A stretch of DNA of 64,000 bases. Source: Desulfatiglandales bacterium (GTDB taxonomy: Bacteria > Desulfobacterota > DSM-4660 > Desulfatiglandales > HGW-15). The position numbers were made by a program, and so were the translations under genes. Where the stretch lies: assembly GCA_963667015.2 (NCBI GenBank), contig CAXXJJ010000004.1, forward strand, positions 448,001 to 512,000, read 5' to 3'. Below the pieces are notes generated by a model. That model worked only from the letters and a program-made list of their open reading frames with translations. It did no database searches and was not told the origin of the DNA. Below, piece after piece: positions 41,589 to 52,001 of this stretch (positions within the stretch are counted from its first letter, which is position 1; each line of letters opens with the position of its first letter).

Positions 41589-42419
41589 ATGATGGAGGTT
41601 AAAATGATAAACAAGATAAATGAAGCCGCTGATTTTCTTACTTCAAAAATATCTGGAACGCCTGAGATAGGCATGATTACCGGAACAGGACTGGGGAGCC
41701 TCACTGACAGAATGAAAGTAGACGTACGTATTCCATATGAAGATATCCCACATTTTCCAACATCAACAGTAACAGGCCATGACGGTTTTTTAGCATCAGG
41801 CAGCATAGCCGGCAAAAATGTAATTACCATGGAAGGACGTTTTCATCTTTACGAAGGCTACAGCCCGGCAGAGGTGACCTTCCCTGTAAGGGTCATGAAA
41901 AAACTTGGAATAAAATACCTTTTTATTTCCAGTGCCGCAGGTGGATTCAATCCGCAGTACAAAGCCGGCGACCTTATGGTTATTGATGATCACATCAATT
42001 ATACCGGTATAGACCCTTTAATAGGTCCCAACCTTGATGAATTAGGGCCGCGATTCCCTGACATGTCAAGGGTGTATGATCCTGATTTGATAATGCTGGC
42101 AAAGAAAAATGCAATGAAACAGCTGATCGATCTCAAGCAGGGTGTTTATATCGGAATAACCGGTCCATGCCTTGAGACACCGGCTGAAGTCCGTCTGATG
42201 AGGATGCTTGGAGCTGATGCAGTCGGCATGTCTACTGTACATGAGGTAATAGTAGGAGTTCATTGCGGTTTAAAGATAATGGCAATAGTAGTCATCACTG
42301 ACGTAGATCTTCCTGACTGCATGGAAGAGATAAAGGTTGAGGAGGTTATTGCTACAGCAGAGGCTGCAAGCCCCGGCCTTACATCGCTGTGGGAGAATGT
42401 TATCACTGAATTAGCTTAG
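41589..42419 (+). CDS. punA: Purine nucleoside phosphorylase (trimeric, PunA type)
   Basis: GTGLG, GRFHLYEG, DHIN, GPCLETPAE and DAVGMSTV motifs. Confidence 0.9.
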   Translation: MMEVKMINKINEAADFLTSKISGTPEIGMITGTGLGSLTDRMKVDVRIPYEDIPHFPTSTVTGHDGFLASGSIAGKNVITMEGRFHLYEGYSPAEVTFPVRVMKKLGIKYLFISSAAGGFNPQYKAGDLMVIDDHINYTGIDPLIGPNLDELGPRFPDMSRVYDPDLIMLAKKNAMKQLIDLKQGVYIGITGPCLETPAEVRLMRMLGADAVGMSTVHEVIVGVHCGLKIMAIVVITDVDLPDCMEEIKVEEVIATAEAASPGLTSLWENVITELA

Positions 42420-42463
42420 TTTCCAATTAGTGCCTCAAATACAATTTATGAATGGGCACTAGC

Positions 42464-43909
42464 TTAAATTCCTGACCGGATATAGACAAAATATAATATC
42501 AGCAGGATTGCAAGCATATACATAAACCATCTGACATCTTTTCCTTTGCCGCTTAAGAGCTTTATGAACGGGTAACTTACAAAACCCATGGTAAGCCCAT
42601 CCGCAATGGAGTATGTCAACGGAATACCGGTTATAATCAGGAAAGCAGGGATAGATTCGCTGAAATCATCCCATTGGATCTTCAGGACATTTTTAATCAT
42701 CATTGATCCAACCACAATAAGGGCGGGGGCTGTAATCGTTGTATAGCTTCCTATCATTGTAATTAAGGGGCTTAAAAACAGTGCCAGCAAAAAAAAGATT
42801 GAGACGGTAACACTGGTCAGGCCTGTACGCCCCCCCTGCTCTACTCCGGCAGCACTTTCAATAAAACTGGTTACTGTTGTTGTTCCGGTACATGCCCCGG
42901 CAACGGTGCCCATGGCATCCGAAAGGAAGGCCCTGCTTGCTCTCGGCAGTTTATTATTTTTTATAAGTCCCGCCTGTTCACTCACTCCTATAAGTGTGCC
43001 TATTGTATCGAACAGATCCATAAACAGAAATATTATGATAAAGGGGATCATGGACAGTGAAAGGGCTCCAGTAATATCCATTTTAAACATTGTAGGTTCA
43101 AGTGAAGGCGGAAGAGAAAAAATACCTGGTGACAGCACAAATTCTTTTACCAGCCTGGAGTCGGAGAGAAACGACCATTCTATACCCGAGTCGGCAAGTA
43201 ATTTTAATAGGATTGTTAAAAAGGTTGCGCCTGCAATACCTAAAATAATCGAACCACGTACCTTGCGTACATGAAGGGTTGAAGTTATCAATAAACCTGA
43301 TGCAAAAACCAGAAGATCGGCAGAAAAGATTAAGGGATTAAGTTTTACAAGGGTACCGCCGCTGATTACCGGTCCCTCAGGGGTTGAGGCTATTGTTGCG
43401 GCAGTAACAATAATGCCTGCATTCTGCAGTCCAATAAAGGCAATAAAAATTCCGATGCCCACTGCCATGGCATTTTTCATACTGGGGCTTACTGCATTTA
43501 TGATTACTTTTCGAAAGCCAAGCAATGATATGATGAGGAATAACACGCCGGATATGAATACAACACCAAGACCGACCTGCCATGAATTGGTAAAACCCGC
43601 AGCCGTAACAGCCGGCAAAACTGAAAAAACGAAAAAGAAATTCTCTCCCATACCAGGGGCCTGAGCTATGGGATACCTTGCATATAAGCCCATGATTGCA
43701 GTCGCTATTGCAGCAGATATGCATGTGGCGGCCATAACCGCGCCAAAATCCATACCTGTATCAAAACCAAACATCCTGCCTGATAAAACCATTGGCTGAA
43801 CAACAATAATATATGCCATTGTCAGGAAGGTAGTGATACCTGCAGTAATTTCCGTGGAAACACTGCTGCCGTTTTCAGAAATCCCGAATATTTTATCCAG
43901 TCTTTCTAT
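42464..43909 (-). CDS. NCS2/AzgA-like purine permease; start probably non-canonical ATA at 43909
   Basis: TEITAGITTFLTMAYI, APGMGENFFF, FDTIGTL and IESAAGVEQGGRTGLT motifs; conserved N-terminus extends 30 codons upstream of ATG 43819. Confidence 0.9.
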   Translation of the reverse strand: MERLDKIFGISENGSSVSTEITAGITTFLTMAYIIVVQPMVLSGRMFGFDTGMDFGAVMAATCISAAIATAIMGLYARYPIAQAPGMGENFFFVFSVLPAVTAAGFTNSWQVGLGVVFISGVLFLIISLLGFRKVIINAVSPSMKNAMAVGIGIFIAFIGLQNAGIIVTAATIASTPEGPVISGGTLVKLNPLIFSADLLVFASGLLITSTLHVRKVRGSIILGIAGATFLTILLKLLADSGIEWSFLSDSRLVKEFVLSPGIFSLPPSLEPTMFKMDITGALSLSMIPFIIIFLFMDLFDTIGTLIGVSEQAGLIKNNKLPRASRAFLSDAMGTVAGACTGTTTVTSFIESAAGVEQGGRTGLTSVTVSIFFLLALFLSPLITMIGSYTTITAPALIVVGSMMIKNVLKIQWDDFSESIPAFLIITGIPLTYSIADGLTMGFVSYPFIKLLSGKGKDVRWFMYMLAILLILYFVYIRSGI

Positions 43910-43911
43910 AT

Positions 43912-44445
43912 CTATTCTCCTTCGAATTCCACCAGCGTTTTTACGCTGTATCCTTTATCCCTTATCTTTTTTGATCCCTGAAGGTCAGGAAGGTCAACTA
44001 TGAAAGAAACCTCAGAGACAATCCCTCCCAGTTTTTCAACAAGCGCAATAGCCGCCAGAGCAGTACCTCCGGTCGCACATAGGTCGTCAACGATAAGTAC
44101 CCTGTCTCCCCTGTTTAATGCATCTTTATGGATCTCTATGGTATCAGTGCCGTATTCCAGTTCGTATTCATGAGAGATAACTTCTGCAGGCAGTTTGCCT
44201 TTTTTTCGTATGGGGATAAACCCCTTTCCGAGTGAATATGAGAGCGCCCCTCCAATGATAAATCCCCTGGATTCAATTCCTGCAATAACGTCAAACTCAG
44301 TATGATCTTTGATATAGCGCTGTGTAAAGGTGTCAATTACAATTTTTAAGCCCGTCGGATCTTTCAGGAGTGTCGTAATATCTCTGAACATTATACCCTC
44401 TTTAGGGTAGTCAGGTATAGTCCTGATCATGGATTTTATTGTCAT
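43912..44445 (-). CDS. apt: Adenine phosphoribosyltransferase
   Basis: PKEGIMFRDIT, ESRGF, LEYG and VDDLCATGGT motifs. Confidence 0.96.
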   Translation of the reverse strand: MTIKSMIRTIPDYPKEGIMFRDITTLLKDPTGLKIVIDTFTQRYIKDHTEFDVIAGIESRGFIIGGALSYSLGKGFIPIRKKGKLPAEVISHEYELEYGTDTIEIHKDALNRGDRVLIVDDLCATGGTALAAIALVEKLGGIVSEVSFIVDLPDLQGSKKIRDKGYSVKTLVEFEGE

Positions 44446-44446
44446 T

Positions 44447-45226
44447 TCAGATGCCCTCCCCGTTGCATTCGTCTTTATTATATTCTATCTCAGGCAATGT
44501 TTTTAAAATAAGTGTTTTTACCTTATCGGCAGTTTTATTCATAATAGCTACAATCATATCCCAGGTAACGGGTTCCTCCCCCTCTTTCCAGCAATCATAG
44601 TCAGTCGACATAGCTATTGTCTGGTAACATATCCCAAGTTCTCTGGCCAGTGTAACCTCGGGCACGGTGGACATGTTTATTACATCAGCTCCAAATCCCC
44701 TGAACATGTGAGATTCTGCCTTTGTTGAAAATCTTGGGCCTTCTATCGTGATAACTGTCCCCTTTATGTGGTGTTTATAATTCAGTTTTTCCGCGTTTTT
44801 TATCAGACGTGATCTTAAATTTTCACAGAAGGGCTCAGCCATGGATGTGTGAATCACCTTGTCCATATCAAAAAAGGTAAGCGCCCTGTTTTTTGTGAAA
44901 TCAATAAACTGGTCAGGAAATACGAGATCACCCGGTGCGATTTCTTCTCTGAGGGAACCAACGGCTGTTGTGGCTATAATATGTGTGCAGCCTTCCTGTT
45001 TTAAAGCATATATATTTGCCCGGTAATTTACACCGGTGGGATATATGGAATGGGATTTACCATGTCTGGCAAGGATTATAATGCCCCTGTCGCCTATTTT
45101 TCCGGTTGTAAGGGGAGATGAGGGCCTTCCATAGGGAGTATCAACATCCTTTTCCTGCGGATTTTCCAGTATTTCAGGATCATCCAGGCCTGTCCCGCCG
45201 ATTATACCAACTTTAACTTTTTTCAT
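44447..45226 (-). CDS. mtnP: S-methyl-5'-thioadenosine phosphorylase
   Basis: [28 protein letters not shown] and TDYDCW motifs. Confidence 0.93.
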   Translation of the reverse strand: MKKVKVGIIGGTGLDDPEILENPQEKDVDTPYGRPSSPLTTGKIGDRGIIILARHGKSHSIYPTGVNYRANIYALKQEGCTHIIATTAVGSLREEIAPGDLVFPDQFIDFTKNRALTFFDMDKVIHTSMAEPFCENLRSRLIKNAEKLNYKHHIKGTVITIEGPRFSTKAESHMFRGFGADVINMSTVPEVTLARELGICYQTIAMSTDYDCWKEGEEPVTWDMIVAIMNKTADKVKTLILKTLPEIEYNKDECNGEGI

Positions 45227-45227
45227 C

Positions 45228-46346
45228 TCAATTCCTCTGTTTTTTATGTTCAGGATAAAGACTCAGAATACCTTCTTCGCTGGCATTGCATATGCCCCTT
45301 TCGGTAATCAGGCCTGTTATTAATCTTCCCGGCGTTACATCAAAAGAATAATTAGCAGCAGGGCTCTCCTGCGGCATTATGAGGACCTTTTTTATCTCTC
45401 CATCACAAAGACCCTCTATATATTTAACCTCATCAGCATTCCTTTCTTCAATCACTATCCCGCTGACCCCATCCCTGATCTCCCAGTCAAAGGTGGAAGA
45501 CGGGAGTGCAACATAGAATGGAATATTATTATCATTGGCTGCAAGGGCTTTAAGATATGTGCCTATCTTGTTTGCCACATCGCCTGTATAGGTGGTCCTG
45601 TCAGTCCCGACTATTACCATATCAACAAGTCCGCGCTGCATCAGGTGTCCTCCTGTATTGTCCGGTATAACGGTATGGGGTACCCCGTGCTGCCCCAGCT
45701 CCCATGCGGTGAGACTTGCACCCTGATTTCTCGGGCGGGTTTCATCAGCAAAAACATGGATTTTTATACCTTTTTCATATGCCGCATATACAGGAGCGGT
45801 TGCAGAGCCGTAATCAACAAATGCAAGCCATCCTGCATTGCAGTGAGTAAGGATATTTACAGGTTTTCCATTCTTTTTCTTGCTCAATTCTTCGATAAGA
45901 TGTAATCCGTGTTCCCCTATCCTCCTGCAATAATCAACATCCTCATCAGCAATTTCATTAGCTGTTTTAAAAGCTCCGTCTACCTTTGCCTCAATTGATG
46001 ATTCTCTTTTAATTGCCTTAAGCTGTCTATTGACTGCCCATAACAGGTTAACGGCAGTCGGTCGTGTTGCAACAAGCTTCTGACCCGCCATTTCCATATA
46101 ATTACCAAAGTCTCCTTCCTTTTGAGCCTCCAGAGAAGCCAGATACATCCCATAGCCTGCCGTAGCCCCTATCAGGCCTGCGCCTCTTACATACATTTCA
46201 CTTATTGCTTCACAGGCATCATCCAGTGAACAGATATCCCTGATTATGAACCTGTGAGGAAGTTTTGACTGATCAATTATGCTTATAATCCGGTCATTTC
46301 CTTCATTTACCCATATTGTGTGGTAATGCTTTCCATTTACATCCAC
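45228..46346 (-). CDS. mtnA: Methylthioribose-1-phosphate isomerase
   Basis: [32 protein letters not shown] and FDVTP motifs. Confidence 0.94.
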   Translation of the reverse strand: MDVNGKHYHTIWVNEGNDRIISIIDQSKLPHRFIIRDICSLDDACEAISEMYVRGAGLIGATAGYGMYLASLEAQKEGDFGNYMEMAGQKLVATRPTAVNLLWAVNRQLKAIKRESSIEAKVDGAFKTANEIADEDVDYCRRIGEHGLHLIEELSKKKNGKPVNILTHCNAGWLAFVDYGSATAPVYAAYEKGIKIHVFADETRPRNQGASLTAWELGQHGVPHTVIPDNTGGHLMQRGLVDMVIVGTDRTTYTGDVANKIGTYLKALAANDNNIPFYVALPSSTFDWEIRDGVSGIVIEERNADEVKYIEGLCDGEIKKVLIMPQESPAANYSFDVTPGRLITGLITERGICNASEEGILSLYPEHKKQRN

Positions 46347-46591
46347 TATGTTTTACCTCTTTTACCTCATGACTACTTATTGCATAATCTAGCTATTTTA
46401 AAATTATTTTACCATCTTTAACAAAACATAGTTTACTTCCATATTGAAGTCAAATATTATTAAATCCTTATTCATAATACCTTCATAATACTTTCATAGT
46501 CCGTTTATATATTAAAAACTTTATGATATTAAAACTGCATACATTATGAATAACTATTTGCAATCTATCTATACATGGACCTGAAAATCTA

Positions 46592-49500
46592 ATGAAAAAG
46601 AAAATTAAACGGTTAGTTGTTATAATTTCCATAATTTTTGGTGTAATGTTTTTAACTTTTGCCGGTTTCTTCTTATACGTCCGACAGGATGTAAAAGGCC
46701 AGATTGACCGTGGCATAATTGACAGCATCATTTTTTCCGAAAGCCCGGTATACTACAGTGATGAAACTACCCCCATAGGTGTCTACTTTGAAAAAATACA
46801 CAGTAAATATATCAGGTACGGAGATATTCCAAAGATATACATCAAGGCCCTCGTTGCCTCTGAAGACGGTGATTTTTTCAACCATCCCGGTTTCGATATA
46901 AAGTCCATTGCAAGGGCTTTTATTGCGAATATAAAGGCAGGCAAAATCGTTCAGGGAGGCAGCACAATTACCCAGCAAACAGCCGAAAACGTATTTGAAA
47001 GGCAAAAAAGGGGCTACTTTTCGCAATTGAAGGAGCTTTTTCAGGGGCTGATACTTGAACATTTTTATACCAAGGAAGAGATCCTTGAAATGTATATCAA
47101 CCAGTTCGACGTTACTGGCCTGGGTAAAGGGTTACGAATAGCCTCGGAGTATTTTTTTGATAAGGATGCAAAGGACATTACCCTTGTGGAGGCGGCGTTT
47201 ATTGCCGGGATGGTCAAGGGGCCAAATAAATATAATCCTTTTAATAAAAAAACAGATGAAAAAAAGAAACAGGCTATTGAGTATGCAAACATCAGAAAAA
47301 ACTATGTCCTTAGGAATATGCTCAAAGAAAAATTTATATCCAGTGAAGAATATATTGCAGCAAAGGAACAGGAAGTACCGTTTAAGGAGGGTGAATTTAC
47401 CTACCGTTTAAACGTAATACTGGACTATATCAGAGATCAGCTTGAATCTGGCTATTTTAAAGAAATACTCCACAGGGAAGGTGTTAATAATATTGCTACA
47501 TCCGGTATCAAGATTTATACATCGATCAATAAAGATATACAGGAAAAAGCCCTTAAAAGTATTCGAAAAAATCTTCCCCTGCTGGATATAAGGCTGTCAG
47601 GTATGAACCAAAGCCTGTTCAAGGACAGATACATTCATAAGGCCGGGACCTATTACACAAATCATGGGTCCGGATTACCCTTTTTTGCTAAAATTGAAAA
47701 AATAACTAAAGAAACAGGAAAAGAAACGGAAATATCAGTGTCATGGGCAGATGACAGAACGGGAATAATTGATATAGATGAATTGGAAAATATAGCTGAT
47801 GCCTGGGCACACTGGAAATATGGATATAATTATAGAACCGGTTCCAATTATTTAGATGAATTTATTAAAGAATTCAATGAAGGTAATTCGATTCCTGTCA
47901 CCCTTTCTGATACAGATGAAAACAAGGTATGCCTGGCCCCTATTCCCGAACTTGAGGGAGCGGTTGTCATCCTGAAAGACGGCATGATAAAGGCAATGGT
48001 TGGTGGATATTTTAACAGGTATTTCAATCGTTCTGTTGATGCCAGAAGGCAGCTGGGCTCCATATTTAAACCCATCGTTTATGCAGCGTCACTTCAACTG
48101 AAGTGGCATGGCCTCGATGAATTGGACAACTTCAGAGATTTGTATACCTATGAGAATACATATTATCCGCCAAATCCAGACCATGAGCCTAAAAGTGATA
48201 CTGTTTCAATGACATGGGCCGGGGTAAAATCAGAGAACCTGGCAACTGTCTGGCTGCTTTATCACCTCACTGATAAACTTAATATGAGTGAATTCAAAAA
48301 AGTTGTAGAAATGCTCGGTTTAAGTCGTGAGGATGAAGAAAGTTATGATGATTATGTCTCAAGGATAAGAGATAAACATGGCGTAATTGTTACAAAAAAC
48401 GCCATCAGATATGCAGCATTTGATCTTGCCCGAAAAACCATCGAACCGGATTTATTGTTTGATGATAATTTATTTGCCCTTGATAATATTAAAAGGCTTC
48501 ATCTTAAAATAGATAAAAAAGGGAAGGATGCTATTAATGACAATTATTCCCAGGACAATAGCCGCATAATATTGAGGTATGACTTTGACAGGTTATTAAA
48601 ATTAAACCTGCAAATGGAGGAGGATCTTAAAGATATTAACCTGCTATTTACCCTGTACAACGACAACCCATCACAGATGGAAAAAGGACTGGAAAAGGGT
48701 TTAAGCCGCTTATATATCCTAAAAACAGAAGACGACAAAGAAAGGATTGTCTACACTGAAAATCCACTGGATATCCATGGCCGGGATTTTTATAAGGTCA
48801 GCATTAATGAGCTATTGAAAAGGAAAAACGACTTCAGGTTTGATGATGTGTGGATTGATGACCTGGTTCCTTCAGGTGTATTGATTAATCTTCAGACATA
48901 TATAACGAAACACTATAAAGAATTATCAGCCTACTCCAGGTACGATATGAAGGTGCTGTCCCAGGTCAGAGATTTTAAAACCTTTGTAAACCTCACATAT
49001 GTTAAACAGCTTGCGAAAAATATAGGTATAAGCACATGGCTTGATCCGGTTCTTTCATTTCCGCTTGGCCCTAATTCCATAAGCATTATTGAAGGCGCTC
49101 TTGCTTACCAGTCAATCATGAGTGGTGATTTTTACACACTTCCTGATGTTGAAACAGACAATGCTATGACACCCGTGATTACTAAAATCACCGATCGAAA
49201 CAATGTGACTTTATGGGAATACAAACCTGAAATAAAGAAAGTCATGTCAAAGACAGTATCAGCATCAATAATTGAGATATTGAGAAAGGTTGTTGAAAAC
49301 GGCACCGGCAGAAGCGCCAGGGATGCAATAAAGATGAGTCTTGATTTTAAGAGCGGAGAGAGTGAATTACCTGTCAGTTGTTATGGAAAGACAGGAACAG
49401 CGAACCGTTTTACAAATTCAAGCTTTGTTGGATTTATTCCCGGCCTGAACAAAGTTACAGGTGAATTTGATCTGAAACAGGGATATGTTATTTCGGCATA

Positions 49501-49849
49501 TGTCGGGTATGATAATAACTTTCCAATGAAAGGAAAAAGTTTTAGTATCTCCGGTGCGTCCGGAGCGCTGCCTATCTGGATAGATTCAGCAAAGGGAATT
49601 GCTGATAGCGAAGAATATAAAAAAGGGATAGATATTGCCGATCTCGCGTTTATCTCAACAACAAAACCATTAATGACAGATGGGATGGAAACCTTTGAGG
49701 TTTCAACTATTGATGGCCTGCCTGTCGGTGGAAGACAAGATTTAAACCCCGAAGATATAACCGAAATATATTCCTTTGGGAAGACTGGCCAACTGATATC
49801 TGAATGGAACAGAGAATTTACACCTCTGAAAGGAACTGAAAATGATTAA
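46592..49849 (+). CDS. Class A penicillin-binding protein (PBP1A-like) with large insertions
   Basis: TM anchor; transglycosylase motifs SEDGDFFNHPG and GGSTITQQ; transpeptidase motifs SIFK, SEN and KTG. Confidence 0.9.
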   Translation: MKKKIKRLVVIISIIFGVMFLTFAGFFLYVRQDVKGQIDRGIIDSIIFSESPVYYSDETTPIGVYFEKIHSKYIRYGDIPKIYIKALVASEDGDFFNHPGFDIKSIARAFIANIKAGKIVQGGSTITQQTAENVFERQKRGYFSQLKELFQGLILEHFYTKEEILEMYINQFDVTGLGKGLRIASEYFFDKDAKDITLVEAAFIAGMVKGPNKYNPFNKKTDEKKKQAIEYANIRKNYVLRNMLKEKFISSEEYIAAKEQEVPFKEGEFTYRLNVILDYIRDQLESGYFKEILHREGVNNIATSGIKIYTSINKDIQEKALKSIRKNLPLLDIRLSGMNQSLFKDRYIHKAGTYYTNHGSGLPFFAKIEKITKETGKETEISVSWADDRTGIIDIDELENIADAWAHWKYGYNYRTGSNYLDEFIKEFNEGNSIPVTLSDTDENKVCLAPIPELEGAVVILKDGMIKAMVGGYFNRYFNRSVDARRQLGSIFKPIVYAASLQLKWHGLDELDNFRDLYTYENTYYPPNPDHEPKSDTVSMTWAGVKSENLATVWLLYHLTDKLNMSEFKKVVEMLGLSREDEESYDDYVSRIRDKHGVIVTKNAIRYAAFDLARKTIEPDLLFDDNLFALDNIKRLHLKIDKKGKDAINDNYSQDNSRIILRYDFDRLLKLNLQMEEDLKDINLLFTLYNDNPSQMEKGLEKGLSRLYILKTEDDKERIVYTENPLDIHGRDFYKVSINELLKRKNDFRFDDVWIDDLVPSGVLINLQTYITKHYKELSAYSRYDMKVLSQVRDFKTFVNLTYVKQLAKNIGISTWLDPVLSFPLGPNSISIIEGALAYQSIMSGDFYTLPDVETDNAMTPVITKITDRNNVTLWEYKPEIKKVMSKTVSASIIEILRKVVENGTGRSARDAIKMSLDFKSGESELPVSCYGKTGTANRFTNSSFVGFIPGLNKVTGEFDLKQGYVISAYVGYDNNFPMKGKSFSISGASGALPIWIDSAKGIADSEEYKKGIDIADLAFISTTKPLMTDGMETFEVSTIDGLPVGGRQDLNPEDITEIYSFGKTGQLISEWNREFTPLKGTEND

Positions 49850-51215
49850 TAGCTATAGAGTCATAATATTTATTTTTATATTACCTCTAATCTTAATGAT
49901 AGCAGGCTGCGTCTCATCAGGCAGAACAATACAGGAGCAGGATAAAATTCAGTATTATAAGCCCCCTGCCCTTTCAACGGGACTCCTGAATAAAAGAATT
50001 GATGAGATAAAAAATATGCTCAAAGAAGACAGCCTGCCAGATGACAGGAAAGAGGCAGCCATTTCACTTTTAAAGGCCTATGATAAACTCAAATCCCTTA
50101 ATAACGAGAACATCACTGAAAAAGAATACAGGAAAACAGTACAGCTTTTATTTAACAGCCTTGCTGGTATTGAACAGCAATATTTCTATAGCGGTATTGA
50201 ACCGGGAGATACAGCAAGGGAAATAGTAATAGAAAGCTATTCGGCTTTTAAAGGACAGATCTATGAAGACTATTACGCAGGGAATTTCACCGGCGTAATA
50301 TCAGGGTGTGGTGAACTTATGTCCAGATTCGGAAGGAAAGGTTTAACTCCTGACCTTGGCATACTGCTTGTAGAGGCCCTTTTAAAAAACAATATGACAT
50401 CAGATGCCCTTACCTTAGCAGGAAGCATTCTTGGTGCAGTAGAAAACAGACCTGACCTGATCCATCTTCTGGCAGATGCAATAGAACTGGAATTAAAAAC
50501 AGGTAATGTTGAAGATGCCAGGCGGCTTTATGAAAAACTTGTTGATAATATCAATGAACGAAACAGTATATACCGAAAAGCAGAAAAACTTTTTTCAGAA
50601 AATCAAGGTAATGAACCTGCTGTTGATGATGAATCAGTTATAGAAAAAATATCAACTATGCCCCCTGAAATAATGGCGCAGATGGAACAGTTAACTGAGA
50701 GTGTAAAAAAACTTATTTCGCGGAAAGATTTTTCAGGCGCCAGGCTGGAGTTGATACAACGGCGGCTAAGGGCTGAGGAAGGTCCTGAGCTTGAAATGAT
50801 TGAACAGCTTTTAAAAAGTGTAGACAATGCTGAAGCGCATTTTGATAAGGAAAATAATGAAGACAAATTAAAAATTGAAGATGCCAGGAAATTGATCGAA
50901 GAAGAAAAATATGAAGATGCTCTTAATATCCTTGATATCGCTGTCACGGATGAGGGAAACTATGAGGCCGAAAGGCTTAAAAATGAAGCGATTGAAAAAC
51001 TGATCACAAGGGATAAAAATGACGCAGCAATTATATACAGGGCTGCAAAGGCGGAAAATAATATTCAAAGGAAAAGGGATCTTCTGCTCAAGGCAAGATC
51101 AATATTTCAGAATTTAATTGATAAATATCATGCATCTCCTTTAATTGACAGGGTAAAAAGGAATCTCTCAGTTGTAGATGAAGAACTAATTCTGATAACA
51201 CCCGATAGGGAATAA
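49842..51215 (+). CDS. Helical/TPR-like lipoprotein, hypothetical
   Basis: Lipobox IAGC; helical repeats; overlaps the PBP stop codon. Confidence 0.6.
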   Translation: MINSYRVIIFIFILPLILMIAGCVSSGRTIQEQDKIQYYKPPALSTGLLNKRIDEIKNMLKEDSLPDDRKEAAISLLKAYDKLKSLNNENITEKEYRKTVQLLFNSLAGIEQQYFYSGIEPGDTAREIVIESYSAFKGQIYEDYYAGNFTGVISGCGELMSRFGRKGLTPDLGILLVEALLKNNMTSDALTLAGSILGAVENRPDLIHLLADAIELELKTGNVEDARRLYEKLVDNINERNSIYRKAEKLFSENQGNEPAVDDESVIEKISTMPPEIMAQMEQLTESVKKLISRKDFSGARLELIQRRLRAEEGPELEMIEQLLKSVDNAEAHFDKENNEDKLKIEDARKLIEEEKYEDALNILDIAVTDEGNYEAERLKNEAIEKLITRDKNDAAIIYRAAKAENNIQRKRDLLLKARSIFQNLIDKYHASPLIDRVKRNLSVVDEELILITPDRE

Positions 51216-51602
51216 GTATTAATAGATGGGGATAGCTAGGATGCCATAAAATGCAAAAATATCGGAGTAAAAAATGCAGTTCCGGGCATTGATATAATAA
51301 AGAATTTTATGGACAGCCATGAATTTTAGTTTTATAATGTATTTAACTTTTTTATCATACTAATTAACAGCCTGATAGATCACTGATCGTTTTATAATAT
51401 TAGTACTAACCAAAAGCCAAACCTTTCACTTTCCTTATAAATCATTATAATTTTTGTGTGCACAGGTTTACATCCTTAATAAAGGCATTATTTTAACAGT
51501 ACATGAAAATATTATTAAAGAAGCAATCAGAATTGACCGATTAGTATTTTAAAAGCAGTTCAGAACAGTTCTTTGATAGACATAATAATTAGAACGTACA
51601 GT

Positions 51603-51802
51603 GTGCCGCATGACTTCAACACAAAAGACAAAACCACAGGATGGTAAATAAAAAATGCTTCCAAAGGTTATAATAAAATCAGGAAGTCACAGGTGGTACT
51701 TAAAAGAGCTTCTCGGTTGTTCGTGCATCTTTTCGCCGGTCGTATCCAAATATTAAAATAAAAGATACCTGTATCGGAGAGAACAACGGCATCTGGGGAA
51801 GC
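51603..51802 (+). ncRNA. Candidate structured non-coding RNA, unassigned family
   Basis: Two long bulged stems containing G-U pairs, in a ~790-bp intergenic region with no ORF of 60 aa or more; terminator downstream. Confidence 0.3.
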
Positions 51803-51901
51803 CAATATTATATTTAACGCGTAGATTGTTAACTTATCAACCAAATCTCTAAGTTAGGTGAGAGTTAGATATAATTAAACTATTATGCTAACCAAGATAA
51901 A

Positions 51902-51936
51902 AGCCGCGAATGTTGTTTATTCGCGGCTATTTTTTT
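51902..51936 (+). terminator. Rho-independent terminator (possibly bidirectional)
   Basis: AGCCGCGAAT / ATTCGCGGCT stem followed by T7. Confidence 0.8.
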
Positions 51937-52001
51937 GCAAAATAAGGCGGGTTTAAAACCAGTCTCTATAGTTCCCCTTCGTTTGACATGATTGGTAACA
52001 G

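Noticed and set aside
51603..51802. Assignment of the structured region as 6S RNA, T-box or c-di-GMP riboswitch
   Set aside because: Only short resemblances (GGTGGTAC, GGCATCT); no closing 6S stem, incomplete riboswitch consensus and no downstream co-oriented gene
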